Below, piece after piece: positions 61,068 through 64,000 of a stretch of DNA of 64,000 nucleotides (positions are counted from its first letter, which is position 1; every line of letters starts with the position of its first letter). The translations under genes were made by a program, and so were the position numbers. A model generated the notes under the pieces. The model saw only the letters and a list, made by a program, of their open reading frames with translations, ran no database searches and was not told the DNA's origin. This DNA comes from Daphnia carinata (lineage: Eukaryota): assembly GCF_022539665.2 (NCBI RefSeq), contig NC_081331.1, positions 11,222,001 to 11,286,000 of the forward strand, read 5' to 3'.

Positions 61068-63638
61068 TTTTGAATTTTTCAATTTGGGTTGATGCTTTGT
61101 TCAGTGTTTATTCAGCCTCTGGCTGAACTGTTGTAATTATGGCGAAACAAGGATCGAATAATGTTGTTGGATGGAAACCAATCCGCCCCGATGACTAGTC
61201 AAGTATTGAATTGCTGATTGATCCAATCAACGACTCCCGTTGCGCGAAATCCAATGGAGAAGAGAAGCCCGGAACGGTTGAGAGACGAAACGAAAAAAAA
61301 AAAAAAGAAAGAGGGAAAAGCTTTTTATTTTTTTTTATTCTGAAAGCATAAAAAAAAAAATGAAGATGACGGAAGAGGGTAAAACAAGAAGCAAATCAAA
61401 AATAGTCAAATCCTTTTTTTTTTTTTCTATTGCCCAAAAAAAACGGAAATGGGAAAAGACAGAACAGAAAGGACAACAAAAGATCACACATCGTTTGTGT
61501 TTGCGTGGGGGGTGATTTCTCTTTTCACTTCGCCCTCCTTTCATTCATCGATTTGTTTATGAATAAAGATGATATCAAACACATCACGTTCCTCTTCCTT
61601 TTTCCTATGGTTGGACGTCCTTCTTTTCGTATACCCCCATGCCCCTCTTCTTGTCCGCCCGGCCCACGGGTTTCACCGCTTAGTGTGTTCCATCTCGCTT
61701 GTGGTTTCGCTTCCTGACAGGTTCATTTCTTTTTTTTTTTTTTTTTTTTTCTTTTTTCTCTTTTCACAAACAGCTATAAAAAAAAATTCTTTTTTTTTCT
61801 TTTCTTTTTCTTTTCTTTCGCCTTTTTTTTTCTTTCTTATATTGCCACCACCGCTGCCGTAGCGAAAAACATTTATTGCGCGAATCACCGGGTTGCCTCT
61901 TTTTTTTTTTTTCTCCGTTCTTGTACACAACGAAATTGCCTCGTCACGAAGAAAAAAAAAAAAAAAGAAAATCTTTTTATTCTTTCTCTCTCTCTCTCTC
62001 TCCTTTTTTTTTCGTTTATAACAATTTCCCGTTTTTCTTTCTTCCTCTCTTCGCATCGCCTTTGATGTACCTTTTTTTCGGTCGTGTGTTGTTGTCCCCC
62101 CCCCCTCTCTTTGCTTGCCCGTATTTTTACAAGTGGAATAGTTCACTACGTCAAACACCGAATTTTAAAAACTGTTTTTGGAATCTTTAATATGTTCATG
62201 TTCCTTAAGGTCTGGCGCCCCCTCTTCGTATTGACTTGACGCTCTTTTGTATCTGTGTTCCCGTCCTTCGATGAAGAACGAGAAGGACAAGCGCGCAGGA
62301 TGTCGTGAAAGAATTCGTGAAATTCGTAGGGTGAATTCCGTTCACGTTTTCACGCGCCAACAAAACATTTTTATGACATTTAAGTAATTCCTTTTTTTTC
62401 TTTTTTTTGCCCGTTGTGTGTAATAGTTGAAAGTATGTGCCCTTTTGACATGGTTGATGTACACACGTGCGGCAACAGTCGAAGCGATCTTTCTCTATAA
62501 ATTAGCATCCAGCGGGATGATTATCCTCTTGAAGGAACATCCAGCTGATTTCTTACGTGTTTCTTTCTTTTTTTTTCCCTCTCTTTCTCTCTGTGCGTCT
62601 TTCAGGGTTTCCTTTTTTTTTTTTTTTGATGGATTGCTTCAACATTTCTTTTCTTACTGTCTACTCGTGCTTGCGGAACCCTCCTCCGGATGTTTAGTAT
62701 TCGAATCATTAAAAATAAAAGACAAACTTTTTGTGGAAAAAAAAAAAAAATGCTGTGAGAGTCGGACGCGTTTTCGTTGCAAGAGAAGAACACACATACA
62801 CACAAAAAAAAAAAGGGATGTATAGCACATCCAACAAGACGGACACAAATATTCCGCGACGTCTATCCTAGCGCGCTTTTGCCTTCTCCCTACTGTCCTC
62901 CCCCTCCACCCTTGGATCAGATGTTCCTTTTTTTTTTTTTTTTTTTTTTTACCATCTTACGTGTTGTATACCAAGGGGAAGAAAAAGTTAAGCGAACTAA
63001 AGGAATGACGATGGAAAAAAAAAAAAAAAAAAAAAGGGAAGTTGTTGGTAGTGCAAGGACATAGACCTGATATTACATTCCGGACATTTTCTGTCCGGCT
63101 GTTAAGGACCATGTCGTGTGATGACATTACAGGCCAGACAAACACTAACCAGCAGCTGTGCAGCTCCAACGTGCTGTTTTTCATATTTTTTTTCTTTTCT
63201 TTTTTATTTTATTTATTATTTAATTTTTGTTGTTGTTGAAAAATGGTGGGACCTTGTCCGCGCCGAAGTCCATTTATCATCATCTTATCATTTGGCCGCA
63301 AAATGAATTTGCTCTTGTGCGTGAAATGCCTCCTGAAGGCTACACACGTTGTGCGCAGAGTTGTATCGATTTGTTTTCACGATGCTACTTTGCCACTTGT
63401 CCGTATGCTAATTTTCGTCAAGAAGAAAGAATTGAAAACGATATAAAGCTCCGAACGAGTACTGAACTTTTTTCTTTGCTGACATTCCCCTTTCAAAGGC
63501 TTTTTGTTTTCTAATTCTCCGCTTCCACATTCCACTTCATTCTTACAAGAAAAAAAAAAAGGAAAAATTAGTTCGTCTTTATGGCGGTAATTGAAGTATT
63601 ATACGCAAAATGGGCAGAGACACTTTATTTCGATTTTC

Positions 63639-63639
<1 letters not shown>

Positions 63640-63690
<51 letters not shown>
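63640..63690. repeat. (CA)n microsatellite
   Basis: About 25 contiguous CA units. Confidence 0.95.
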
Positions 63691-63695
<5 letters not shown>

Positions 63696-64000
63696 TGCTA
63701 TTAATATCGCTTTAGTTCTGGGAAACAAGGGGGCCGGCGATGACAATGAAGCCGTAAATCATCATTTCCACAGAAAATAGGGCTATTAATAAGAATTTGA
63801 TCCTTATATGCATATTACACTGCCATAATAAACTAGTGTTTCTCCGTACAGGGAAAGGGGGGGGGGGGAGAGAAAGAGACGAAAAGAGTTAGAGTCAGCT
63901 ATTCCCATTCAATTTTCCTATGTATAGTTCTTTTTTTTTAGTTTTAAAGGATGAATGTAAAACGGACAAGAAAGAAAAAAAGAAAAAATTTGTTTTTTTT

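Noticed and set aside
56540..63514. Many poly-Lys/poly-Phe ORFs
   Set aside because: Artefacts of A/T homopolymers.
1..64000. CRISPR arrays, operons, rRNA/tRNA genes, transposase/RT ORFs
   Set aside because: Spliced eukaryotic genes throughout; no repeat-spacer array or recognisable structural RNA or TE coding sequence seen.

Overview
Eukaryotic, AT-rich, intron-dense arthropod DNA with ~60-70 nt introns and long poly-A/T tracts, which suggests a cladoceran such as Daphnia (inference). Left to right: (1) the 5' part of a large secreted repeat protein resembling the Closca/Nasrat/Polehole family (-); (2) saccharopine dehydrogenase-like oxidoreductase (+); (3) SKIV2L/Ski2 helicase (-); (4) a tandem array of six apparently intact but strongly divergent bestrophin-like genes (-, 12.7-32.8 kb), interrupted by an intronless ALYREF-type RRM gene (+) whose 3'UTR has three Pumilio elements; (5) two AANAT-like GNAT acetyltransferases (-); (6) two tandem insulin-superfamily genes (-), one IGF-like with an acidic C-terminal extension and one with Dilp8/gonadulin-like cysteine spacing; (7) EXOSC4 (+) tail-to-tail with VPS18 (-, last intron GC-AG); (8) ~8 kb of low-complexity non-coding DNA. 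The strongest leads are the bestrophin clade with remodelled neck, aperture, Ca2+ clasp and tail, and the gonadulin-like/IGF-like gene pair. Gene models were spliced by hand, and alignments to reference proteins are by eye from remembered sequences.
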